Origin: Patescibacteria group bacterium
GTDB taxonomy: Bacteria; Patescibacteriota; Microgenomatia; Levybacterales; UBA12049
Reading direction: 5' to 3'
Assembly: GCA_038064195.1 (NCBI GenBank)
Contig: JBBTTO010000002.1
Span: 630,615 to 694,614, forward strand
Length of the DNA stretch: 64,000 nucleotides
Shown here: positions 51,171 through 59,068 of the stretch, one piece after another
Numbering within the stretch: the stretch's first letter is position 1
Layout of the letters: the number at the start of each line of letters is the position of its first letter
Program-made: the position numbers and the translations under genes
The notes under the pieces: generated by a model
Databases searched by the model: none
Told to the model about the DNA's origin: nothing
Seen by the model: the letters and a program-made list of their open reading frames with translations, nothing else

Positions 51171-51740
51171 CTACCTATACTTTCTGATAACACTGGCGAC
51201 TATCCCTCCGATGACGAGGCTTTCTTTGGGCTCTATGACGGGATAGTCAGGATTGGCGGGGGCGAGATAGATCCTGCCGTTTTGTTTTTGGAAATACTTG
51301 ACCGTCCATTCGCCATCGACATTGGCTGCGACTATATCACCGTTACGGGGGGGTGCGTCTTTTTCTACGATGACGATGTCTCCATCATTGATCCCTTCTC
51401 CGCTCATCGACTCTCCTCTGACGGTCAGTGAGAAAATATCTCCCGGCATATCAAGGAGATATTCATAGAAATCAATGCTATCTCCCAAGGATCCCTCCAC
51501 AGGGGCCGGATAGCCTGCCCTGATCAGACCCAAGTGGGGGATATGAAAGAGTTTCTTGGGAAGGAGCTTACCCTTTTCATCCTTCGCCAAGATATCTACC
51601 TCGACCAATTTATTGACGAGATAAACTGCCGCGTTTTTAGATGAGTAGCCGAACATATCACAGATTTCCTGATATGAAGGCAGGCGACGCTGTACTTTAT
51701 AAAATTTACGGAGTTTTTTAATTGCTTTCTCTAAATCCAT
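51171..51740 (-). CDS. lexA: LexA repressor (paralogue 2)
   Basis: LPSYQEI wHTH, IRAGYP, VRGESM, TVKY. Confidence 0.9.
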   Translation of the reverse strand: MDLEKAIKKLRKFYKVQRRLPSYQEICDMFGYSSKNAAVYLVNKLVEVDILAKDEKGKLLPKKLFHIPHLGLIRAGYPAPVEGSLGDSIDFYEYLLDMPGDIFSLTVRGESMSGEGINDGDIVIVEKDAPPRNGDIVAANVDGEWTVKYFQKQNGRIYLAPANPDYPVIEPKESLVIGGIVASVIRKYR

Positions 51741-51761
51741 AAAATAATTTTCCCTTATAAT

Positions 51762-51809
51762 CCCTCTCCTTGAAGGAGAGGGCAGCCTGCCTGCAGGCAA
51801 CGGGTGAGG
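51762..51809. repeat. REP-like element with nested mini-palindrome
   Basis: CCCTCTCCTT-G-AAGGAGAGGG ... GGGTGAGG with GCCTGCCTGCAGGCA inside. Confidence 0.65.
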
Positions 51810-51826
51810 TCTGCTTTAAGCCTCAC

Positions 51827-51918
51827 TGTACATTTGTATTGTCTTTCGTCACCCCTGGTGATGCACTCTATTGTACGAATGTACAAGAAGTATAATGTGT
51901 ACGTTCGTTCAACGTCAA
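51827..51918 (-). promoter_or_regulatory. lexA2 promoter with three TGTAC-N4-GT(A/T)CA-like boxes
   Basis: TTGTAC-GAAT-GTACAA at 51871-51886, variants at 51827 and 51898; minus-strand TTGACG-N18-TATACT. Confidence 0.7.
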
Positions 51919-51965
51919 GATGACAAAGTAGATCAATATGGATAAAAAAATGAAGAGAATGAGTA

Positions 51966-51997
51966 GGCGAGGCGGACCAATAAAGGTCCGCCTCGCC
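51966..51997 (-). terminator. Strong hairpin after the Clp-N gene
   Basis: 13-bp perfect stem GGCGAGGCGGACC/GGTCCGCCTCGCC; no immediate T-tract. Confidence 0.6.
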
Positions 51998-52009
51998 ACA
52001 AAAGTTGCT

Positions 52010-52555
52010 CTATGGGATATCGGGCTTCTCATCTGCGATTCTCTGTTCCCGTTCAGAAAGTGCAGACGCTGGTAGCGTCTCTGATGGAGATGTTGATTCC
52101 TCTCTAGGTGCCAGAGGATCACCAACCACTCTCACCACTTGAGCACGAACCTTTTCGAGATTGACTCCGAGTGACTCGAGTACGCCGGCTCCAATTCCTT
52201 CGCCTTCCCGGACAAGTCCGAGCAAGATGTGCTCAGTGCCGATGTAGTGATGGTTGAGCTGACGAGCTTCATCAATTGCAAGCTCGATAATCCTTTTGGA
52301 TCGAGGAGTAAGGCTGATCTCACCAACGACAGCTTCTTCTCCACGCCCAATGATGAACTCAACGGCAGAGCGAACTTTATGTAACCGAACTCCCATGTTT
52401 TCCAGGATGCGTGCTGCCACCCCATCTCTTTCCCGAACGAGTCCGAGGAGGAGATGCTCAGTGCCGATATAACCATGGTTGAAGCGCAACGCCTCTTCCT
52501 GAGCCAACGTGAGCACCTTTCGTGCTCGACGTGTGAATTTATCAAAATCAGACAT
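52010..52555 (-). CDS. Stand-alone ClpC N-terminal (double Clp-N) domain protein
   Basis: FDKFTRRARKVL-LAQEEA, two YIGTEH(L/I)LLGLVRE repeats, no ATPase; GAAAGGA RBS. Confidence 0.88.
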   Translation of the reverse strand: MSDFDKFTRRARKVLTLAQEEALRFNHGYIGTEHLLLGLVRERDGVAARILENMGVRLHKVRSAVEFIIGRGEEAVVGEISLTPRSKRIIELAIDEARQLNHHYIGTEHILLGLVREGEGIGAGVLESLGVNLEKVRAQVVRVVGDPLAPREESTSPSETLPASALSEREQRIADEKPDIP

Positions 52556-52833
52556 GAGATTGGTCCTTTCAACGTGAGCGGCTTGCCTTTTCTCCCAATT
52601 GAGCAAAGGTCGCCGTACAAAAACTCTATGCTTGATAAAATTTTTATACAGCAACCCTTGCAAGAGCAACTTGTTAAGGTACGTAATAAGAGAAAGAACG
52701 CAATTGTTCTTTCCTTGGAGGGAGTATAGCAAATATAAGATGCAAAATAAACCTATAGTCAGTATGTTTTGGGTTGATTCGCCTTGTAGCTTATTTGACA
52801 AGCCCAAAAGCCATATCTATACTTCAAAAGACT

Positions 52834-54393
52834 ATGCCTCTTGCAAATGAGACACAACCATCGCCAGCTACTGACTTTTCTGCCCAGGTAGTTGATATAC
52901 CTAAATTGGAGTCTACACTTACGAGTCTTACATCTTTTACCAAGGAAAGACCACAGATTGTTCCAGGAGCTATTGACACAACAGCGAGAGAATTCATTGT
53001 CAAAGCAGCTGAAGAGGCAAATACTTTTAAGACAAACTTTGAGAAGCAAGAAAATATTCTTACTCCTTCTGAAAGAACAAGAATTAGTGAATGGGTGCGT
53101 AAAGATGAAGGCGAGACAGGGATGCATCAATTAGAACAATTGGGTAGAGCCTGCATCCGTCTCTGGAGCAGCGTGGGGAGATCAACAGGCACAGAAACAG
53201 AGAAAAAAATGTCAGGGCTTCCGGGACATGATAAAAGACATTTACTCCAAGACTTAACTGCCGGGTTACAATTTCGAAATGATGTCGTAAGTGCAGAAGC
53301 TGGAAACAAAGATGAATATCAGAAAATCGGACTGATTGGTTCGTTACTTCATGATGTAGGTCGGTTAGCGGAGGAACGGGTTGTCGGAACACCTGTAGGA
53401 GGAGAGCAAGGAGACAAACATACTGAACTTTCATTCTATATCGCTAAGCAATTATTTGATGCTTTCCCTCAACTTGATCAGGCAGTAAGAGATCATATTC
53501 TTTATTCAATTCTAGTACATCAAAAATGGCCAAATAAATCAGAAGAGGAAACAATAGGCTATCAAATGACCATGAATGAACCGCTTAACCGAAGCGTAAT
53601 GGGTTCCGATAGACTTCAACTGGTAGGCCCCGAAGCAATTCTACGCTTTATTGGCTTTGATATTGGAGAATCAGACAAGCCACTGGATTTTGATACCAAA
53701 GTCAAACCAGAACGCAAAGAGGCATTAGATAACAAAGCTGAAACAGATCTGTCAGAACATATTGAATTCTACATGCGTAACCTTCTTCCAGTTGAAGTGC
53801 CGGGCAGTCCGCAAGCAGCCAATAACGCTGTTAATCAGCGTTGTAATCTACTTCGGGCTATTTCAGGTGCGTATCTTTGGTTATCATCAAGTGATGAAAT
53901 CCGTAAGCAAATTTTCGCCCCAGAGCTAGCCCGGGACAGAGGAGAAACAGTTGATGAGGTTAAATTAGCGACCAATAAAAAGCGTATTCTTTCTAAGGAA
54001 ATTTGGGGGGAAATTAAAGGTCAGATAGCTGCCATTGAGTTTCCTGATATTCAAACCGGAATAAAAACGGAAGTTCAACAATTGACGAGCACAAAATCCC
54101 TTGAAGAGATTGTTATGAGTTTTGTTAAGGCCGAAAATGCATCAACTACCCAAAAAGGGATAACAAAAATTAAAGAAAAAGTAGGGAAGATAACTGACCC
54201 AGCAGCTACTGAGCGACTAAAGGTAGGGATCGGATACGCTCTAGCTATGCGTGATCGACTTTCTAGAAATACTTTAAAAACGATCTCTGCGATGAATAAT
54301 GACCTACCCCACTTCCCGGCGCATAGTTTGGAAAAATCATTCTCTCAATTCGTCCTCAATAACTACCCAGTAACTTTACAGCAAGCAACCTGA
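52834..54393 (+). CDS. Large HD-domain protein
   Basis: GHDKRH, LLHDVGR, H, H, SDRL motifs. Confidence 0.75.
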   Translation: MPLANETQPSPATDFSAQVVDIPKLESTLTSLTSFTKERPQIVPGAIDTTAREFIVKAAEEANTFKTNFEKQENILTPSERTRISEWVRKDEGETGMHQLEQLGRACIRLWSSVGRSTGTETEKKMSGLPGHDKRHLLQDLTAGLQFRNDVVSAEAGNKDEYQKIGLIGSLLHDVGRLAEERVVGTPVGGEQGDKHTELSFYIAKQLFDAFPQLDQAVRDHILYSILVHQKWPNKSEEETIGYQMTMNEPLNRSVMGSDRLQLVGPEAILRFIGFDIGESDKPLDFDTKVKPERKEALDNKAETDLSEHIEFYMRNLLPVEVPGSPQAANNAVNQRCNLLRAISGAYLWLSSSDEIRKQIFAPELARDRGETVDEVKLATNKKRILSKEIWGEIKGQIAAIEFPDIQTGIKTEVQQLTSTKSLEEIVMSFVKAENASTTQKGITKIKEKVGKITDPAATERLKVGIGYALAMRDRLSRNTLKTISAMNNDLPHFPAHSLEKSFSQFVLNNYPVTLQQAT

Positions 54394-54394
54394 T

Positions 54395-54775
54395 ATGACC
54401 AAAGGAATTTTATGGATTGTACTGATAGAAGAATCCAAACAAAAATTACTTGAAACCGTTCCTGCCAAATATCCTGTGCTATTTGCAAATCACATCACAC
54501 TTTTCTACGATGTGGAATTGACCGGAGAATGGAAAGGACTGGTAGAGAAGCGAATAGAGCTTAGTTTGAAGACACATTGTTACGACCACCAGATCCAGGC
54601 TGTCACAGTCGATATAGGCGATTTGCCCTGTCAAAATCTTTTTCCTCATATCACAATCTCTGCTCAAGAGGGGATTAAGCCTTTCATATCAAACGCAATG
54701 CTTCAGGGAGTTCATAGTTCACAGTATGTAAAAGAAAGTCTGCAGGGAGTAGTTGAATTTGCAGAGTTTGAGTGA
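54395..54775 (+). CDS. 2H phosphoesterase family protein
   Basis: HITL and HITI motifs, SN-x-M-L tail. Confidence 0.75.
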   Translation: MTKGILWIVLIEESKQKLLETVPAKYPVLFANHITLFYDVELTGEWKGLVEKRIELSLKTHCYDHQIQAVTVDIGDLPCQNLFPHITISAQEGIKPFISNAMLQGVHSSQYVKESLQGVVEFAEFE

Positions 54776-54776
54776 C

Positions 54777-55328
54777 TTATTGCGTCGGGTCGAGGAGGAC
54801 CCAGTTGCGTGATACTGCGGGTTCACTGCAGAGGTTGCGATTAAAACAACATGGTCTACGCATCCCTTTATTGAGTTTGTCGAGTGCAATCTCAATATGT
54901 TTTTGACGGGTCTCCGGAGTTTTGACAGCACGTATCCATCTGATCCAATCCCAACGCGCTAGTGGAGTTATATCTTTCCAGAGTTCCTCGGCTTTGTGAG
55001 AAGTAGACAACGCTTTTTTTAAATCCTCAGGAACTTCCGGTTCTATCCACTCTTTGGTAGGTGTAAGCGAAACTTGTACAGTATCGCCAGCTCTAGCATG
55101 AGCGTCATCAAGCAACTTTTTATCAGGGGCAAACCAGTGGCTCGGTTTGAACCCTGCTCCATACTTTCCATCGGGTTCAAGCAAGGTCTTGAAAGGAACA
55201 CCGTTGAGGGTACCTACTACCATTGTCATACCACGGGATGGGAGCTTTGCAGAGGCATACTCTGGTAGTCTCAGGATAATCCAGGAGTTGATTTTGAAAA
55301 GCGTAGCTTCAAATTGAATTGGAGGCAT
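54777..55328 (-). CDS. YdeI/OmpD-associated (DUF1905) protein
   Basis: VPEDL-KAL, ITPLARWDWIRWI, KTPETR, RRPCCF. Confidence 0.85.
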   Translation of the reverse strand: MPPIQFEATLFKINSWIILRLPEYASAKLPSRGMTMVVGTLNGVPFKTLLEPDGKYGAGFKPSHWFAPDKKLLDDAHARAGDTVQVSLTPTKEWIEPEVPEDLKKALSTSHKAEELWKDITPLARWDWIRWIRAVKTPETRQKHIEIALDKLNKGMRRPCCFNRNLCSEPAVSRNWVLLDPTQ

Positions 55329-55403
55329 ATGAATACAGTTTAGTTTAAGGACGTCGCGTCAAACGCGACTCCTCGTCAATCTCGGGGGAACCGAGTTTGA
55401 CTC

Positions 55404-55496
55404 GTGGGTAGGGTAGCGAATGATGTCCGGACTTATTATAGCAAATTAGGGCTTAAAGAACTTGAGTTTTATAAACAATCTTTTACAGCACTGTAA
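55404..55496 (+). other. Cassette end A1: att-like site plus 30-codon frame
   Basis: 40 bp (55405-55444) identical to 56761-56800; frame (V/M)GRVANDVRTYYSKLGLKELEFYKQSFTAL*. Confidence 0.75.
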
Positions 55497-55505
55497 TCCA
55501 AAGAA

Positions 55506-56291
55506 TTAATAATTATTAGAACATTCATGCCCATAAATCTCTTTAGGGATTTTGTATTGCTGAACAGGCTTACAAGAAATTATATTTTGTCCAGTCCACA
55601 CTTCTTGCCATTGTCCATTGACCTTTACTGCATACCAAGCTGCACCTCCAGCATATCCACCCACTCCACCAGTAGCATAGTTTCCTACTAACTTACTTAC
55701 ACTCACCATAGTATTCGGGTCATTTTTAGGATTAATCACGGGAGCTAACTCTTTTCGCCAAGCCAATTCTTGTTCATCAACTGTGCCGCAAAAAAAACTT
55801 CCAAAAGGGTCAGACTGAGGAGACAAGCCAATTAAACACTTAACATCATTAAGTTCATATCCATAATTTGTAGCTAAGGAATTTTTCTTATCGTTTGCCC
55901 TACTAAGATTAAAGCCATTTTTTACAAAGAAATTTTCACCCGTAGACTGGAGTGGCTGTAAGGATGTTTCTGTAATCTCACTGATATCAGAAAAGTTACC
56001 ATATTTGCCCATATAATTGTTTGCAAATGTACCAATTCCAAAGCGATACCCTTTTAAAGGAACAACCTGATTATTTGCATCAATCCAATCAATACTTTTA
56101 GTCTCAATGATTGGAGCTGTAGTCGAAATAGTCCTTTGTAAGGAGGATAGTGTTGACTGTGCTGACGTAGTGGTTGAATTTGAAGCTGTGTTATTGTTTC
56201 GTAGCAAATATATCCCTAATAATCCCAGAAGAACAATTAGAGCTATTCCTAATAATTTTGTGTTTCCTATTTTTGTCTTTTTCTTTCCCAC
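55506..56291 (-). CDS. Hypothetical membrane-anchored exported protein (cassette cargo)
   Basis: N-terminal TM helix, Ser/Thr linker, Cys pairs; AT-rich. Confidence 0.8.
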   Translation of the reverse strand: MGKKKTKIGNTKLLGIALIVLLGLLGIYLLRNNNTASNSTTTSAQSTLSSLQRTISTTAPIIETKSIDWIDANNQVVPLKGYRFGIGTFANNYMGKYGNFSDISEITETSLQPLQSTGENFFVKNGFNLSRANDKKNSLATNYGYELNDVKCLIGLSPQSDPFGSFFCGTVDEQELAWRKELAPVINPKNDPNTMVSVSKLVGNYATGGVGGYAGGAAWYAVKVNGQWQEVWTGQNIISCKPVQQYKIPKEIYGHECSNNY

Positions 56292-56337
56292 AAATTCAGT
56301 ATGACATAGAAATAGTAAAAATCAATAGAATTGCCAG

Positions 56338-56374
56338 GTTCGAGTGCGGTCTTGGGGTGAAGTAGTTTGATATA
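56338..56374 (+). repeat. Cassette repeat B1
   Basis: 28/37 ungapped identity to 57520-57556. Confidence 0.75.
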
Positions 56375-56375
56375 T

Positions 56376-56672
56376 TTACCTGAGGTTAATTTTACTTTTA
56401 CTTAGAGTTTTAAGTTTTTGTAAGTCGCCATTGATTAGCGCCTCTTTTTTAGCTCTCGACCAGCCTTTAAGCTGAGTTTCTCGATGCATTGCTTCAAGCC
56501 TAGTAGCATATTCCTCACTATAATCAAGCTGGAAACCATGACTATCTTTTGTGAACTTTGCTGCTTTCCAATCTTTTGTTATATGCTGCTTGGTCCGAGC
56601 GTTAATATTATTTGTTTGGCCAACATATAGCTCGTTAGAAGAACTTCGAAGAATGTAGACAAAGTAGGGCAC
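56376..56672 (-). CDS. Small GIY-YIG nuclease (UPF0213-like)
   Basis: YFVY...YVGQT...R-x-x-QH, RE-QLKGWSRAKKEALI. Confidence 0.9.
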   Translation of the reverse strand: MPYFVYILRSSSNELYVGQTNNINARTKQHITKDWKAAKFTKDSHGFQLDYSEEYATRLEAMHRETQLKGWSRAKKEALINGDLQKLKTLSKSKINLR

Positions 56673-56680
56673 AGATAGTT

Positions 56681-56763
56681 CTTCGACTCCTTTCAGTCGC
56701 TCAGAACATTCGCCTCGCTTTTAAATGGTTGGAAACCATGAGCGAGCAAGGCGAGTCGAATGG
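56681..56763. repeat. REP-like hairpin cluster upstream of GIY-YIG gene
   Basis: CTTCGACTCCTTTCAGTCGCTCAG and CCATGAGCGAGCAAGGCGAGTCGAATGG; GACTCCTTTCAGTC recurs at 61800. Confidence 0.65.
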
Positions 56764-56852
56764 GTAGGGTAGCGAATGATGTCCGGACTTATTATAGCAA
56801 TCTCAAAGCACAAGAGTTAGTGTTTTATCAAACGGCATTTCCAAGTTTATGA
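56760..56852 (+). other. Cassette end A2: att-like site plus 30-codon frame
   Basis: Frame MGRVANDVRTYYSNLKAQELVFYQTAFPSL*, same length as A1. Confidence 0.75.
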
Positions 56853-57500
56853 GGACTTTTCGTTGTAAATCTTATATTTGCCGTCACCAATAATGCTTAC
56901 TTTGTTGTCTTGCACTAGGACTGCAGCATAGTCATCAACAGCGTAAATTTGATTTTGTGTTGTTTTACTATATTCCCCAACCGACTCATAGGAAATCATA
57001 TCTGGAACGTGGGGTGAAAACTCAAAATCAACAACACTTAATCCTGTAAAATCTTGCATTCCTATATTATTTACATCTCCAGGCTCAACACCAGCAATTG
57101 CGATAGTTGGAGTCACTACAATCCCACCTGCACTTACACCAATATATAACTTATTCTCTGAAAGAAACTTTTTCAGTGCTCCTTCAAATCCACTTTTTCG
57201 CATCCAATCGAGAAGAAAAAAGGTGTTTCCACCGTTCACAAAAAGCATATCCTTTGAAGAAAGCAATTTCTTAAGCTCATCTTGATTTATGTTTCGTAAG
57301 TCCAGGTTTTCAATATTGGTAATGCCTTGTTGGCTAAGTTGGTCTCTAAATTTCCCAAACCAATCTGGGTTACTCTCGTCACCGTATGCTGCTGTTATGT
57401 CAAAGGCAACAGAATACTCCGACGCTGGTTTCTGAAGAAGGGTAGGAAATATATCAACTATTTTTCCTCTTATACCATTGGATGTAAGAAGAAGCGTCAT
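56847..57500 (-). CDS. Peptidase E / S51 family (cassette cargo)
   Basis: LLLTSNG, GGNTF-LL, GVSAG, PH motifs. Confidence 0.88.
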   Translation of the reverse strand: MTLLLTSNGIRGKIVDIFPTLLQKPASEYSVAFDITAAYGDESNPDWFGKFRDQLSQQGITNIENLDLRNINQDELKKLLSSKDMLFVNGGNTFFLLDWMRKSGFEGALKKFLSENKLYIGVSAGGIVVTPTIAIAGVEPGDVNNIGMQDFTGLSVVDFEFSPHVPDMISYESVGEYSKTTQNQIYAVDDYAAVLVQDNKVSIIGDGKYKIYNEKSS

Positions 57501-57519
57501 ACTTGAAATTATAGCAGAA

Positions 57520-57556
57520 GTTCAAATCCCATCTTGGGATGAAATAGTCTGATACA
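57520..57556 (+). repeat. Cassette repeat B2
   Basis: GTTCAAATCCCATCTTGGGATGAAATAGTCTGATACA. Confidence 0.75.
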
Positions 57557-57577
57557 CAAACTCGAGGCTAAAAAACT

Positions 57578-57653
57578 TGGGGTGGCTGACGGGGATCGAA
57601 CCCGCGACATTCAGGACCACAACCTGACGCTCTACCACTGAGCTACAGCCACC
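57578..57653 (-). tRNA. tRNA-His(GTG)
   Basis: G-1 plus GTGGCTG...CAGCCAC-C-CCA, anticodon arm TCAGG-TTGTGGT-CCTGA. Confidence 0.95.
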
Positions 57654-57723
57654 AAGTAACCCTGAAAGTATATCATATCTGAGGCTAAGATGCTGTATTT
57701 AATAACCTAAAATAAGAGGCAAG

Positions 57724-58551
57724 CTAGACTAATGCTCTTCCCATATGTACACTAGCTACAGTAATAGGAATAGGATGTGCTGACAAAGATGCGCCCACTG
57801 TGGCATAGGCCTCATCGGTAAATGCTAACAACCTGTCACTTGGTACCATATCTGTAACACGAGACACAGACGTGTGAAATATGTCATCCCATCCATATGG
57901 AAAACCAAATCCTCCGGGAAAGTCTATTTGCTCTTCTCGCTCAAACACAGTCGCAGCTCTTCCCAAAACATGCTTAGTCTTGCCTGGGTTGTCTGGATCC
58001 GCGAAGTTAGTACCAACAATTGCCTCAATTGCCTTTCGCGCCTTATAAGGGGCTCCTTGCTCATCATCGAATTCACCGGCACAAATATAACTATTTGGCC
58101 CAACCACCAATGTATCCATATGGAAGGTCAAACCAGTAAGATATTTGGATATCAACCCCAGATGAGACCTATTTGACAGGAGATAAGCATCCATTTGTGC
58201 TTGATCCTCTGGAGAAAGATCTTTATACGGACTATTGAATAGAGTTACGTGAGGCATCAAGTCTCCTGCTCCAGCAAAGACTGCAGGAACTTCATAGGTA
58301 GAAGCAAGCTCTTGTAGAGGACCAACCACTTGTTCAATTACTTGTTGCTGGGATGGCGCTTCAAGCTCAAACCCGCCCGCAAAAAGATTCTTAAATGAAT
58401 CAGGAAACCCAGCAAATGGAGTATATTTGCCACTTTCAAATGCTTCTCGCCCTTGCTGACGTCTGAGGTTGATTTTGGCGGTATAAGCTGCCTGCATTGC
58501 ATCCACCACCGCTTCATCTCTTACCGGATAAACTCTCTGCTCTGCTGACAT
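57724..58551 (-). CDS. Hypothetical protein, possible divergent 2H phosphoesterase
   Basis: PHVTL and FHTSV motifs about 120 aa apart. Confidence 0.6.
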   Translation of the reverse strand: MSAEQRVYPVRDEAVVDAMQAAYTAKINLRRQQGREAFESGKYTPFAGFPDSFKNLFAGGFELEAPSQQQVIEQVVGPLQELASTYEVPAVFAGAGDLMPHVTLFNSPYKDLSPEDQAQMDAYLLSNRSHLGLISKYLTGLTFHMDTLVVGPNSYICAGEFDDEQGAPYKARKAIEAIVGTNFADPDNPGKTKHVLGRAATVFEREEQIDFPGGFGFPYGWDDIFHTSVSRVTDMVPSDRLLAFTDEAYATVGASLSAHPIPITVASVHMGRALV

Positions 58552-58637
58552 ACGAGGGGATTATATGAAAGATTGGGTAGAGAAGCAAATTAACAAGAGT
58601 TTGCGAGGCTAAGGCTAACTTGCTACAATACCTATAC

Positions 58638-58701
58638 GCGCCTGTACCCGCCTGCCATCCGGCTGGAGCCGTCAGGCGACTGGCGGGCAGGGCTCAGCGG
58701 A
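58638..58701 (+). pseudogene. Interrupted duplicate of the tRNA-Arg 5' end
   Basis: GCGCCTGTA [45-bp GC-rich insert 58647-58691] GCTCAGCGGA equals first 19 nt of tRNA at 58946. Confidence 0.8.
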
Positions 58702-58702
58702 C

Positions 58703-58939
58703 ATGTTTTATACATATGTATTAAAGAGTTTATTCGATAATAAGTTATACGTGGGTTTTACTGATAATATAGAACGAAGGTTAGACGAGCATAATAATGG
58801 TCTAGTAACTGCAACAAAATCGAGGAGACCTTTAAAATTAATCTATTATGAAGCTACTCTTAGTCAAGAAAAAGCCATAATGAGAGAGAAATATTTTAAA
58901 TCTGGTTTCGGGAGAAATTTTTTGAAAACAAGAATATAA
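58703..58939 (+). CDS. Small GIY-YIG nuclease
   Basis: FYTY...YVGFT...RL-EHN, REKYFKSGFGR. Confidence 0.9.
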   Translation: MFYTYVLKSLFDNKLYVGFTDNIERRLDEHNNGLVTATKSRRPLKLIYYEATLSQEKAIMREKYFKSGFGRNFLKTRI

Positions 58940-58945
58940 TTATTT

Positions 58946-59018
58946 GCGCCTGTAGCTCAGCGGATAGAGCATGTCGGTTCTAACGACGGGGTCGGGGGTT
59001 CGAATCCCTCCAGGCGTA
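58946..59018 (+). tRNA. tRNA-Arg(TCT)
   Basis: GCGCCTG...CAGGCGT-A, anticodon arm TGTCG-GTTCTAA-CGACG (unusual G32). Confidence 0.88.
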
Positions 59019-59020
59019 CT

Positions 59021-59060
59021 CAAAAAATCTCTTGAACTGAAGGTTCAGGAGATTTTTTTG
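59021..59060. terminator. Bidirectional intrinsic terminator
   Basis: AAAAAATCTCTTGAAC...GTTCAGGAGATTTTTTT. Confidence 0.8.
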
Positions 59061-59068
59061 ACTATAAT

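Larger units (their letters stand above)
55404..57583. mobile_element. Tandem cassette array at the tRNA-His 3' end
   Basis: A1-cargo-B1-GIY-YIG-A2-cargo-B2-tRNA arrangement with two repeat families. Confidence 0.7.

Noticed and set aside
55405-56800. 40-bp direct repeat as a CRISPR array
   Set aside because: Only two copies about 1.36 kb apart, no spacer-sized intervals and no cas genes
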